The notes beneath the pieces were generated by a model that was given only the letters and a program-made list of their open reading frames with translations, ran no database searches and had not been told where the DNA came from. Below, one piece after another: positions 35,829-44,762 of a stretch of 64,000 nt of DNA; position 1 is the first letter of the stretch, and each line of letters starts with the position of its first letter. The position numbers were made by a program, and so were the translations under genes. The DNA comes from a virus (taxonomy: Duplodnaviria; Heunggongvirae; Uroviricota; Caudoviricetes), in the IMG/VR virus record IMGVR_UViG_3300029258_003331; one strand, 5' to 3'.

Positions 35829-36214
35829 GCACAGGTGCAAGAAAACTCAAAGAAATTGCCCGCCGGAGACATAAGAAGCGCGAAGCCACGAACCTGGCAG
35901 AGCGATGTGGTTTCGAGTCTAATTGTCCTGACTGCCGGAATTGGGCGAAGAGTGAATCGGGCGAGCATTGCCGCGCGTACTCTGCGGGCGAAAGGAGACC
36001 CGTTGGCTGCCCTCATTTTGAAAGAAATATGGTAGATAGACGAGTGCGCTGCATCAACAACGAAGGCATCGCGGAAAGGTTCACTGTGGGAGCGGTCTAC
36101 GATGCCGCTTTTTACTATGATGACGATGAAGAGTATTTGCGAGTAACCGATAACCAGGGTGTTCCGGTTGATTGCGATTGGGAACAGTTTGAAGCAGCAG
36201 GGGAGCCGAAATGA
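35825..36214 (+). CDS. Hypothetical Cys-rich protein (129 aa)
   Basis: ATGA overlap. C-terminal module RCINNEGIAERFTVGAVYDA…D is repeated in the next gene. Confidence 0.7.
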   Translation: MSTGARKLKEIARRRHKKREATNLAERCGFESNCPDCRNWAKSESGEHCRAYSAGERRPVGCPHFERNMVDRRVRCINNEGIAERFTVGAVYDAAFYYDDDEEYLRVTDNQGVPVDCDWEQFEAAGEPK

Positions 36215-36864
36215 AGTTCATGCGATGTACCGCGCTTACGACCGAAGGCGAGTTTACAGTAGGTCGTATCTACGCGGTAAAAGATGAGATGGAAACAGAC
36301 GCGAAAACAGACGATAGGTTCATGATTGTAGATGATAACGACGAGCGTTTGAAGATGAAATACAGTGACCGGTGTTTCGAGAGGGTGATGACCGTCTATG
36401 GGGTCTGGGTGTGCGAGGATGGCAACTTTGACGCTGGAGAGGTGTTGTCCATAACGGGCGTAGATGGACAGTTTTTGGAGGTTGCCGGATACGGATATTT
36501 TGGCGGTGATTGCATTGAACTGCTTGACGCCACGAATCTGCGACCGGGGATTGTTGTCTGCGACGAAGAGAATGGGCAATGGCGTAAGGTGAGTCGCGTA
36601 GATGAGGATTTCAACGTCTCTATCGACGGGAATCCAGAGGAATTTAGGTCGGTTGCCGGATTCTCACTTGCGGTAGTAGACGGTGCGGTAGTGGATTTTC
36701 CTGTTTTGTACTGCATCGACGCGAACGGAAAGCCGGGAGAACTTACCGTGGGAGAGTCGTATCTTCCGGTGGCAAGAGAGGGTGCTATCGTGACATTGAA
36801 AAATGATGCTGGCGAGGAAAAAGGCTACGGCATGGACAGGTTTTCAAAAAAGAGAAAAAAATAA
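36211..36864 (+). CDS. Hypothetical protein with 3-4 repeats of a small RC-x4-EG-x-FTVG-x-Y module (217 aa)
   Basis: ATGA overlap. Internal repeats are visible in the protein sequence. Confidence 0.75.
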   Translation: MKFMRCTALTTEGEFTVGRIYAVKDEMETDAKTDDRFMIVDDNDERLKMKYSDRCFERVMTVYGVWVCEDGNFDAGEVLSITGVDGQFLEVAGYGYFGGDCIELLDATNLRPGIVVCDEENGQWRKVSRVDEDFNVSIDGNPEEFRSVAGFSLAVVDGAVVDFPVLYCIDANGKPGELTVGESYLPVAREGAIVTLKNDAGEEKGYGMDRFSKKRKK

Positions 36865-36887
36865 GATTTTTGGGCGGCAAATGGAGA

Positions 36888-36904
36888 ATGAGACCGGTTA
36901 TAGA
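36888..36904 (+). promoter_or_regulatory. Conserved ATGAGACCGGTTATAGA element, copy 7
   Basis: 31 nt upstream of ATG 36934 (AAA+ ATPase). Confidence 0.5.
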
Positions 36905-36933
36905 TGTAGGCGCACTCAAGAGAAGGGAACGAG

Positions 36934-38169
36934 ATGCCCACAAAAGCCAGTCTTACAGATGAGGAGCAACGAGTAGTCGAGGCAGTCAAAAAACTCGTTG
37001 CTGAACACGGAACTGTTGAGGTGGGGTGGGACGATCCTGTTGTTGCCGACCACTTTGACGTACTCCGGAAATCCAAAGTTCGTCGCTGTCTTGTCAAAGG
37101 GGCAGACAGCATCGTTGTGGACATTTACGACACGACGAAAACTGTCCGGCTCTTTGCCATCTCGGGAACTCACTCAGAGGGGCGACAAAAAGAACGAGGC
37201 AAGAAAAGGACGTCCAAAAAGAAGATTCAGCACACCTACATCAAGCCACGCCTGCATCAGCGCATGAAAAAACTCATTCAGAGCCCTTCGTCCTTGGTGG
37301 TGTGCGGCGTGGGTCCGACCGGGTGTGGGAAGACCACACATATGCGGCTGATGGCTGAAGAATTGAACATGGAACTAGAACTCATCAACTGCAAGCGGGA
37401 CATGGACACCGCTTCGTTTATTGGCGAGAAAACCATTGAGGTAGACGAGAAGACGGAACAGAGTATCATCAAATTTCTCGAAGGACCTGTCATCCGCGCC
37501 ATGAAGTGCGGTCTTGACGAAAAAGGCAACGAAGTTGGGAATCCAGCCCTCCTGGTTGTTGACGAATTTCCGATGATACCGAGTTGGATTGCCATAGGGT
37601 TGAATAACCTGCTTGACAACTTCAGTCCACGGCGGCAGATCCGGGTTGACGCTGATGGCGCTCGGGTAGTAACGAGCCACAGTGGATTCCGGATTGTGTT
37701 GCTGGGCAATACGATTGGGAGGGGGATCCTCAGTACGCGGGATGCAGGCTACGTGGCGCAGGGAGACGCACTAGACGACAGTACCCTTGACCGTATTGAC
37801 GCGATTTTTCACTACGGGTATAACCGCCGCGCTGAAGAATCGATCTTGCGAGAAAAGATCGGCAATGACAGCATGGTCCGCAAGTTGCTCCGGTTCCGTG
37901 ACGCCATACGGAATCTCAAACGACAGGGAGAAGTGACAACCCCATTCTCAACGCGCCTCATCGTGAGCGTTTGCGACCTCTACCGGGAATACGACGAAGA
38001 TATCGCTTGGGCGTTGCATGACGCGGTCTTTGGGAAACTTGTGGATGACAGTCCAGATCCGAATGTTCCCGGCGGCGAACTGGCTGTGTACAATGAGCAG
38101 GCAATGCAAATCTTCGGTATTGACGTGCTGAAGAGTGCGGCGGACGATTCCGACATGGATTACGTTTGA
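36934..38169 (+). CDS. AAA+ ATPase, MoxR/CobS-like (411 aa)
   Basis: GAGACCGGTTATAG motif 31 nt upstream. Walker A VCGVGPTGCGKTT. Walker B LLVVDEFPM. Confidence 0.9.
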   Translation: MPTKASLTDEEQRVVEAVKKLVAEHGTVEVGWDDPVVADHFDVLRKSKVRRCLVKGADSIVVDIYDTTKTVRLFAISGTHSEGRQKERGKKRTSKKKIQHTYIKPRLHQRMKKLIQSPSSLVVCGVGPTGCGKTTHMRLMAEELNMELELINCKRDMDTASFIGEKTIEVDEKTEQSIIKFLEGPVIRAMKCGLDEKGNEVGNPALLVVDEFPMIPSWIAIGLNNLLDNFSPRRQIRVDADGARVVTSHSGFRIVLLGNTIGRGILSTRDAGYVAQGDALDDSTLDRIDAIFHYGYNRRAEESILREKIGNDSMVRKLLRFRDAIRNLKRQGEVTTPFSTRLIVSVCDLYREYDEDIAWALHDAVFGKLVDDSPDPNVPGGELAVYNEQAMQIFGIDVLKSAADDSDMDYV

Positions 38170-38193
38170 TTGAACTCCAGCCTTGGGGAAATC

Positions 38194-38691
38194 ATGAAGA
38201 GAGACAGATACGCAATTTACGAGATGATGGGAAAAATGGTGAATTTTCGTCTTCCGCGCGCGCGAACAAACAAGCCGGTGGAGGGCGTGGTTGATAGCGT
38301 CTATCGCGACGTGGTGAATAAGCAAATCGAAATTGAAATTGGTCAAGTTCGCTACGTCTTCCGTGAGCCTGACTCTGTCATTTACTTGGAGGAAGACGCT
38401 TCTTTGGTCTTCGTATACGGTGACGAAGAGGACCCAACAGACGAGGAATTCTTCGAGGCGCTCAAAACTGCGTCGGGAAAAGGAAGTGGGGTAGACGCCG
38501 CCTTGAGGGAGTTGGAACGGGAAAAGCAGCACATCTTTTTTTCGTTGTTTGCTGCGCCTCCCCGGAATACCCGCAGGAATAGGGGTCGCGGTTCTTCGGG
38601 GCGCGCCAGGAATATCGGAGCATCAAAAACGGCGCGAAAAGATAAAAAGCGAAAGGAGAGCAACCAGAGAAAGGGGAAACAAAATGGCTAA
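38194..38691 (+). CDS. Hypothetical protein with highly basic R/K-rich tail (165 aa)
   Basis: GGGGAAATC then ATG. The table start is a TTG at 38170. Confidence 0.6.
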   Translation: MKRDRYAIYEMMGKMVNFRLPRARTNKPVEGVVDSVYRDVVNKQIEIEIGQVRYVFREPDSVIYLEEDASLVFVYGDEEDPTDEEFFEALKTASGKGSGVDAALRELEREKQHIFFSLFAAPPRNTRRNRGRGSSGRARNIGASKTARKDKKRKESNQRKGKQNG

Positions 38692-39541
38692 GCGGATTGA
38701 AGGAGAGATCATTGGCTACCAGGTCAAAGCCCAGTTGACAACGACGGTAATCAGTGCGGACCTTGTCAAGGCGGCGGCTGCCAAACACAATCTTCCCCTT
38801 GGCTATCTCTGCATCCCATCCAAGAAACGTGCGACGGCTCGTGCTGCTAACGAAGCCGCCAAGACTCATCGGCGCTTTCGTGATCACCTGACGCGCTCGG
38901 TTGCGAATAACCCCGAAAAAGCAAGTTGGTGTATCCTAGACGAGCAACATGACGAAAGCCATGACCGCAATTACTATCATCAGGGTGCGACCATTCGTTT
39001 CGACAAAAACAGCGGGTGCGTTACGGCGGAGGGGAACGAGGCGATGGTGCAGCGTTTCTGGACGTACCAGGAGAAATACGAAAACGGCTTAACTACTAAC
39101 GACTTGCGCAGTTTTCTCTATCGCGTTGTGCGTCGCTTCTGCAATGGCGTTGGGCTTGTACCCACTGGCGGTCTCTACTTTGTGCCGGCTTCCAAGTTGC
39201 CTGTCCTGCAGTCCATGGATGCTTTTTTGAGGGAATTGTGCGTCGGTCGGCTTTGGTATGAGCCAAAGGTGGACTGCCGCGAGACGATGGAGTGGCTGTG
39301 GGACTCCGCAAAGCGTGAGGTGACGTCCCAGATAAACAAGATCATGTCTCAAGTTGCGCAAATCAGCAAACGCGAGAGTTCCCTCCAGCGGAAAAGCGGG
39401 GAACTTGGCGAACAGAACGCACTGCTGGAAGCCTATTCCGAACTCACTGGATTCGGAGAAGAGGCGGAAGAAATCTCAGCAACTATTGAGGATGCAATCA
39501 AGACGGTGACGGAGCGCATTTCCGAATTGGTCGTTGTTTAG
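38684..39541 (+). CDS. Hypothetical protein (285 aa)
   Basis: AAAGGGGAAACAAA then ATG. 8-nt overlap with the upstream gene. Confidence 0.75.
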   Translation: MAKRIEGEIIGYQVKAQLTTTVISADLVKAAAAKHNLPLGYLCIPSKKRATARAANEAAKTHRRFRDHLTRSVANNPEKASWCILDEQHDESHDRNYYHQGATIRFDKNSGCVTAEGNEAMVQRFWTYQEKYENGLTTNDLRSFLYRVVRRFCNGVGLVPTGGLYFVPASKLPVLQSMDAFLRELCVGRLWYEPKVDCRETMEWLWDSAKREVTSQINKIMSQVAQISKRESSLQRKSGELGEQNALLEAYSELTGFGEEAEEISATIEDAIKTVTERISELVVV

Positions 39542-39701
39542 GTTGCCTCTACAGATCCCAAGCCGGGAGCCTATTTGGTCGTAACCACAAAGTTAGTGTG
39601 GCTTTACAGGAGAAGGATAGGGCGTGACGGAAGTCGAGAAAGAGGGCACTCCCGGGCGAATTTTTCGTGCGGTTTTATTTTTCGCTCAATTTTCTCTTTC
39701 G

Positions 39702-39710
39702 TTGGTATAA
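39702..39710 (+). promoter_or_regulatory. Extended -10 promoter TTGGTATAATGG
   Basis: Abuts the table ATG 39714. Coordinates may be off by 1. Confidence 0.45.
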
Positions 39711-39713
39711 TGG

Positions 39714-40463
39714 ATGACAAGGCGACGCGCTGATAGTGGTGCGCTGGTTGAAAAATGGAAGGCGGAACTTGTGGATGTTTCAATGGTAGAAGGGATTCTC
39801 AAAGGGCGACGGACGACTTTGACCCGGCTTCAGATTGAGAACCAAACGCTCGACCGCCAGATTGCACAGCACGTGGAAAAGGTGAAATCGCGCGTGTCTC
39901 AACTCGAAATGGGACAAGAAGCCCTACAGTTCCTAGAGAACGTGGCTAACAGTCGTCGAGGGGCGATGAAGGCGCAAATTGAAAATGTTGTCACGGAAGC
40001 CTTGTCGTTTATCTACGGGGACACCTATCGCATCGAGTTGGTTTACGACGTGAAAAACAACCGGAGTTTTATGGAAATTGAATTGGTGAAGGAAACACCC
40101 CAAGGTCCTGTCCGGAGGCAGATGGATGGTTTTGGCGGCGGTGTTTCAGACACCATCAGCGTGCCTCTCCGTCTTTTGGTTCTTCTCGCGTCACGGCAAA
40201 CTGATCCCGTCTGCATTCTGGATGAGTGCTACAAACACATGGATTTGACGCGCGTAGACAGGGTTGCCGAGTTTATGTGCGACGTTTCACATCGCTTGGC
40301 TTTGCAGGTTATCATGCTGTCGCACCACGTGGCAATGCATGAAGTGGCGGATTCTGCTTGGCACGTGACGGATAAAGACGGTACCTCGGTCGTGCGAATG
40401 ATAGATGTCAGCGAATTTATCGACGAAGAAGGGGAGGCAACAAAGAGAGATGGCGAAAATTAG
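39714..40463 (+). CDS. SMC/Rad50/RecN-like ABC-ATPase C-terminal-half-like protein (249 aa)
   Basis: Signature-like GFGGGVSDTIS, Walker B ILDE, D-loop and H-loop (IMLSHH). No Walker A. Start uncertain because TGGTATAAT abuts the table ATG; GTG 39771 is an alternative. Confidence 0.7.
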   Translation: MTRRRADSGALVEKWKAELVDVSMVEGILKGRRTTLTRLQIENQTLDRQIAQHVEKVKSRVSQLEMGQEALQFLENVANSRRGAMKAQIENVVTEALSFIYGDTYRIELVYDVKNNRSFMEIELVKETPQGPVRRQMDGFGGGVSDTISVPLRLLVLLASRQTDPVCILDECYKHMDLTRVDRVAEFMCDVSHRLALQVIMLSHHVAMHEVADSAWHVTDKDGTSVVRMIDVSEFIDEEGEATKRDGEN

Positions 40464-40941
40464 AACAGCGAGTGTGGATGATGATGTGACGAGGTTGGTC
40501 GATGAGGGGGCGCAACTCGACGCAGAAAGCAAAAAGCACCAAGCGCGCTTGAAAGAAATTAAGGAGGAATTGACAGGCGCTGTTTCTTTTGAGGAAGGCG
40601 AGAGCAGCGTGCGCGTAGCCGGAGAGAACGACAGCGCGGTGGTTACGTGTCGGAAGTCCGTGAGTCTTGGTTTCGACGGGGCAGAGGATGAGGAACGGTT
40701 CAGGAACGTCTTTGAAGGGGAAAAATTCAGCACTGCAGTCGGTAGCCAAGTTGTTGTTCGCGTAGCACCTGGGAAGATGGAGTCCCTTTTGGACTTTCTC
40801 GGTGAAAACAACTACGGATACGAGGTAAACTGGAGTCTGAGGGCGCAGGATGTAGTGGCGGTTAACTCTCCGGAGGCGAAGGCTATCTTGGAGAAGGCAA
40901 CGAAGGTAAAAACGACGACTGCGGTCAAATTTGAGTGGTAA
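40450..40941 (+). CDS. Hypothetical protein (163 aa)
   Basis: ATG 40450 overlaps the upstream gene by 14 nt. Confidence 0.6.
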   Translation: MAKIRTASVDDDVTRLVDEGAQLDAESKKHQARLKEIKEELTGAVSFEEGESSVRVAGENDSAVVTCRKSVSLGFDGAEDEERFRNVFEGEKFSTAVGSQVVVRVAPGKMESLLDFLGENNYGYEVNWSLRAQDVVAVNSPEAKAILEKATKVKTTTAVKFEW

Positions 40942-40969
40942 CAACCGGAAAGTGAATGAAAGGAAGGGA

Positions 40970-42271
40970 ATGGGAACGAACGACGACAAGCGGCTCAACG
41001 AGTACGAGCGCACCTACGAAGGCTGCTATGGTCTACAGGTCAAGGCGGATAGGCTTGTTGACTTTCTGACTACGAATTTTCGCTTTAACGACATCGAAGA
41101 AGAAGCCGGCAATCCGCGCATTGCTCAGTGTGTGTGGGGACATCCAGGGACGGGCAAGACCTCAATTATCAAGCAACTCCGCGAAACGCCGGTAGAATGG
41201 CGTGGAAAACAATACCCTGGATGGGACGTGCATGACGTTCCGATTGCGCAGTTCGAGGAGATGGGCGACCTTCACGGCATTCCTATGGATAGCCTCATGA
41301 TGCGCCGGAGACGAGACGGCGATTCCGAGAGCGAAGAACAATGGGTGCCGCAGAACGAGATGACCATTGCGGCGTTCCGAGACGACGGCTGGGAAGTAGA
41401 CACCAGCATTCAGCCCCGTACCATCATGGCTCCTCCTGACTGGGTTCCTTTGAAACCAGGACCTGCGATTTTGCTGTTGGATGACTGGAATCGCGCCAGC
41501 ATTCGCATCATCAAGGGTATCATGCAACTTCTGCAAAACTACGGCATGGTATCGTGGTCGCTCCCGGCGGGCTGCAATATTGTTTTGACTGGCAACCCGG
41601 ACGAACAGAATTACCTGGTCACAACCATTGACAAAGCCATTCTAACGCGCATCGAGCACGTCACGCTGGTTGAAGATGCCAAACTGTGGGCAGAGTGGGC
41701 AGCGAAGCAAAAACTTGACCATCGCGGGATTTCGTGGGTGTTATATCAGCCCGAAATGATGCACGGCAAGGAACGGACGAATCTGCGGACGCTTTCTCAT
41801 TTCTTTCGGAAACTGACAGCCATTGGCAACCTTCAGAACGAGGACGCTCGGAAGCAGGCAATGCTCCATGCTCATTCGTTGTTGGACGAAGAAACTGTCA
41901 CCGCTTTTATCGTCTTCTGCACTCGCAAGATGGAGGACATAGTCGAGCCCGAAGATATTTTGGATGGTCGGACGGACGTAGCCGCACGGTTGTGTGAACT
42001 GATGTCCAGCGACAAACACGAACCGCGTAGTGACATTCTCGGTGTCATGATAGAGCGCTTGTTCGGGACCATGGTTGACCCAAGCACCAAGCAAACTCCC
42101 GAACGCATTGAGAATTTTCAGAGGTTTATCACCAACCAGCACATCCCTGAAGATTGTCGTCATGCGCTTTGCAATCGTCTCTCCAGGCGTGCAGATGCGG
42201 ACGGTAGAAATCAGAAGTGGCTTCTCAATAATTCAGCATTGCGCGGGTTGATCTTAGAAATGTTTGACTAA
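40970..42271 (+). CDS. AAA+ ATPase, MoxR-like (433 aa)
   Basis: GAAAGGAAGGGA then ATG. Walker A VWGHPGTGKTS. Walker B ILLLDDWNRAS. Confidence 0.9.
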   Translation: MGTNDDKRLNEYERTYEGCYGLQVKADRLVDFLTTNFRFNDIEEEAGNPRIAQCVWGHPGTGKTSIIKQLRETPVEWRGKQYPGWDVHDVPIAQFEEMGDLHGIPMDSLMMRRRRDGDSESEEQWVPQNEMTIAAFRDDGWEVDTSIQPRTIMAPPDWVPLKPGPAILLLDDWNRASIRIIKGIMQLLQNYGMVSWSLPAGCNIVLTGNPDEQNYLVTTIDKAILTRIEHVTLVEDAKLWAEWAAKQKLDHRGISWVLYQPEMMHGKERTNLRTLSHFFRKLTAIGNLQNEDARKQAMLHAHSLLDEETVTAFIVFCTRKMEDIVEPEDILDGRTDVAARLCELMSSDKHEPRSDILGVMIERLFGTMVDPSTKQTPERIENFQRFITNQHIPEDCRHALCNRLSRRADADGRNQKWLLNNSALRGLILEMFD

Positions 42272-42297
42272 GAGAGCACGACAGCAAGGAGGCGGGG

Positions 42298-43107
42298 GTG
42301 GACAGAGTACAAATTGACAGTCTTAATGAACTGCCATACAACCCGCGAAAAATCAGTTCGCGGAACCTTGAGAACCTTAAAGCATCAGTGAGAGAAGGAA
42401 GCAACGCATTTACAGAAGAAGAACGCGACGAGGGGTTTCGGTTGGCTATGACGGTGACGGTAAATCGCATGGGCAACCGTGTTGTGGGAGGTCACCAACG
42501 ACTAAAGGCGCTGAAGGCTCTCGGGCAAGACTGGGTGTGTGGCGCAGATGTTACCTGGGTTTCGTTGGAGCCGAATTCTGTTGCCGAAAAGGCGCTGAAT
42601 GTCGCCTTAAACAACCGTGAGGCACAAGGAGACTTCATCCAGGAAGAATTGGATGACCTCCTGGCTAGTATCAAAACAGAAGATTCGGTACGCTTTGAGA
42701 GTTTAGGATTCGAGGATATCGACGCTGACTTGAGTTTTCTGGATAGCGAAGCCGAACCGCCAAGGAAACCCGCGAAAAATGAAGAAGCGGCTGGCGAAGA
42801 TGCCCCGGTTTCCAATAAGTTCAAAGGGGAACCAGGTAGCCAGGCAATACACACCAGCGATGAGGCAGACGGTGTTGGTGACGTTGTGGACGGGGATGTG
42901 GTAGAGCCGCCAACGCCTCCGGTGGATGAATCGGAAATGCCTAGCGAACAACTTTTCCCTATTTCCTATGCTGTAACGGTACAACAGCGCGAACATGTTT
43001 TATCGGCTATTACCGTGGCAAAGGAAAAATACGGGTTCAAGACAAACGCTGAAGCCTTGTCATTTGTTTGCGAGGAGTACGTTGCAAAGGAGGAAGAAAA
43101 TGACTGA
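42298..43107 (+). CDS. ParB/Srx-like N-terminal-domain protein (269 aa)
   Basis: LPYNPRKI…VGGHQRLKALKALG matches the ParB-like nuclease/NTP-binding box (GxHRxxA). Acidic C-terminal half. Confidence 0.8.
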   Translation: MDRVQIDSLNELPYNPRKISSRNLENLKASVREGSNAFTEEERDEGFRLAMTVTVNRMGNRVVGGHQRLKALKALGQDWVCGADVTWVSLEPNSVAEKALNVALNNREAQGDFIQEELDDLLASIKTEDSVRFESLGFEDIDADLSFLDSEAEPPRKPAKNEEAAGEDAPVSNKFKGEPGSQAIHTSDEADGVGDVVDGDVVEPPTPPVDESEMPSEQLFPISYAVTVQQREHVLSAITVAKEKYGFKTNAEALSFVCEEYVAKEEEND

Positions 43108-43477
43108 AACAGGAAAGCCCGGAGGATTTCTGAAGGGATTTGGTTCGGGGGCAATCATCGTCCTGGTAGTCGCCGTTGGATACATCTTCGGTTTTGACGA
43201 GAACCCAAAAGACGCTGTGACGGACGCAGTGCAGGAAGCCTACGTCGTTGCTGCGCTCGGGGAGAAAAGCGTGGCGCAACTCAAGGCGACGTTGCCCGAC
43301 CTGAGCCCGAAGCAGGAGGAGAATCTCAAGAAAACCGAAGAAGCGCTGGGCAACGTAAGAGCGGAGGCGGAAAGAATCGCCTTGTTGTTCAAGATTGCTT
43401 TGCCCCCACTTCCCGAAGAAACTGCGCTGCCTGCCGAACCGAGTGCGGAAACTGTTGCTCCCGTTCCGAGTGATTAA
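43100..43477 (+). CDS. Single-pass membrane protein (125 aa)
   Basis: AAGGAGGAAGAAA then ATG. TM helix GSGAIIVLVVAVGYIFGF. Followed by a strong terminator. Confidence 0.7.
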   Translation: MTETGKPGGFLKGFGSGAIIVLVVAVGYIFGFDENPKDAVTDAVQEAYVVAALGEKSVAQLKATLPDLSPKQEENLKKTEEALGNVRAEAERIALLFKIALPPLPEETALPAEPSAETVAPVPSD

Positions 43478-43484
43478 GGAACCT

Positions 43485-43528
43485 GTCTCGGCTGCTTCAC
43501 TTTTTTGTGGGGCAGCCGAGATTTTTGT
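43485..43528 (+). terminator. Rho-independent terminator
   Basis: CTCGGCTGC…GCAGCCGAG 9-bp stem, T-rich loop, then ATTTTTG. Confidence 0.7.
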
Positions 43529-43547
43529 TTGATTTAAGGTAGCCAGG

Positions 43548-43556
43548 TGGTATAAT
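43548..43556 (+). promoter_or_regulatory. Extended -10 promoter, TTGATT-16nt-TGGTATAAT
   Basis: Follows terminator 43485..43528. Drives 43761 through a roughly 200-nt repeat-containing leader. Confidence 0.55.
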
Positions 43557-43646
43557 GCGGGAGACTCGGTGCTGAATTTTGATGAGACGTTGTCATTTTA
43601 AGGAGGGAGAAAGATGACCTGAAATTGTGGTGCGCGGTACTGCCGT

Positions 43647-43741
43647 GTGAAATCATTCGCAAAGGATGCGTTTGAGAAAGCAGGCAGGTAATACTACTCT
43701 GCGAAATCATCCGCAAAGGGCGGTTGAGAAAGCAAGTAGCG
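43647..43741 (+). repeat. Two roughly 40-nt imperfect direct repeats in the 5' leader of gene 43761
   Basis: G(T/C)GAAATCAT(T/C)CGCAAAGG…TTGAGAAAGCA(G/A)G…AG at about 43647-43688 and 43701-43741, about 85% identical. Confidence 0.6.
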
Positions 43742-43760
43742 TGTGAGAGAGGAAAAAATC

Positions 43761-44723
43761 ATGCCTAGCGACACTGTACCCACTCTTGACTCGTTGAATG
43801 AAAAGGTTGTCGAAGCCGCGAAGGTTTTAGAGAGCATTCCTGGCTTTTGCGATGCACTCGATACTGACGGCACCCTGGCTGAGCGCACACAGGCATACGT
43901 CTGGGCGCGTTTGGCACAACTTGGCATTTATCAAGACGAGAATTCACATGATCTCCTGATGTCGGATGATTGCCAGGAGGGAGAGGTTCGGCGTACCTTT
44001 TGCGAGAATGGCGACCCTAACGTCCCACCTGTGCGATTCAAGCGCATGTGGTCAATTCTTCGTGGCGGCGAGGCGAAGCATGAGCCTGAGAGGGCATCCG
44101 ATGTCTCAGATGCCCTCCTTGAGGCGTTGGGTAAGACTCGTCCAATCGAGCATTGGAGAGACACAGAACTCGTAGCAGCCTATGGTTTTGACTGCGAACT
44201 TACTATTGTGGATGCCCTAAGAAAGCGGAGTCAAAACCGTCCGTTCTTGGTTTTCAATCAGGACGGGAGTGTGGACGTAGAGACAAGCTGCCGAATGCTC
44301 CGTGAGACGCGCCGGCGTGAGATGCCGGTCATGTATCAGGTGTCCGATAGCCTGAAACGGCTGTATCGTGCCGGGGAGTTTCCAGGTGTCTTGGACCTCC
44401 GGTGTCCTTTTCACGATGTCATTCTCACGGATGGTTACTGTGACGAGTCAAAGATGACGTGGGAAGGCGTGGACTACGAATGTATGCAGTTTGCGCGAAT
44501 TGCCCAGGAGGAAGGCGAAGCCGGACAAAGCAAGCCTGACATTCGCCAATTCATAGCCACGGCGCGCGGAGAGGGTTTGTCGGGTCTGTCTCGTGATTAT
44601 CCGCATGTCGCACTCATTTTTCAGGAGCGCAAAGAAGCGGACAATCTGCCAAATCTCAAAGTCCGCCTATCGGAGCCGAACCAGGCTAATTCTGCCGACC
44701 CCTTCGGAAAGAGGCGCTTTTAA
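43761..44723 (+). CDS. Hypothetical protein (320 aa)
   Basis: GAGAGAGGAAAAAATC then ATG. 5' UTR contains two roughly 40-nt direct repeats. Confidence 0.8.
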   Translation: MPSDTVPTLDSLNEKVVEAAKVLESIPGFCDALDTDGTLAERTQAYVWARLAQLGIYQDENSHDLLMSDDCQEGEVRRTFCENGDPNVPPVRFKRMWSILRGGEAKHEPERASDVSDALLEALGKTRPIEHWRDTELVAAYGFDCELTIVDALRKRSQNRPFLVFNQDGSVDVETSCRMLRETRRREMPVMYQVSDSLKRLYRAGEFPGVLDLRCPFHDVILTDGYCDESKMTWEGVDYECMQFARIAQEEGEAGQSKPDIRQFIATARGEGLSGLSRDYPHVALIFQERKEADNLPNLKVRLSEPNQANSADPFGKRRF

Positions 44724-44762
44724 CGACTGAATGACCAGCGCAACTGACCGAAAGGAGCGAAA

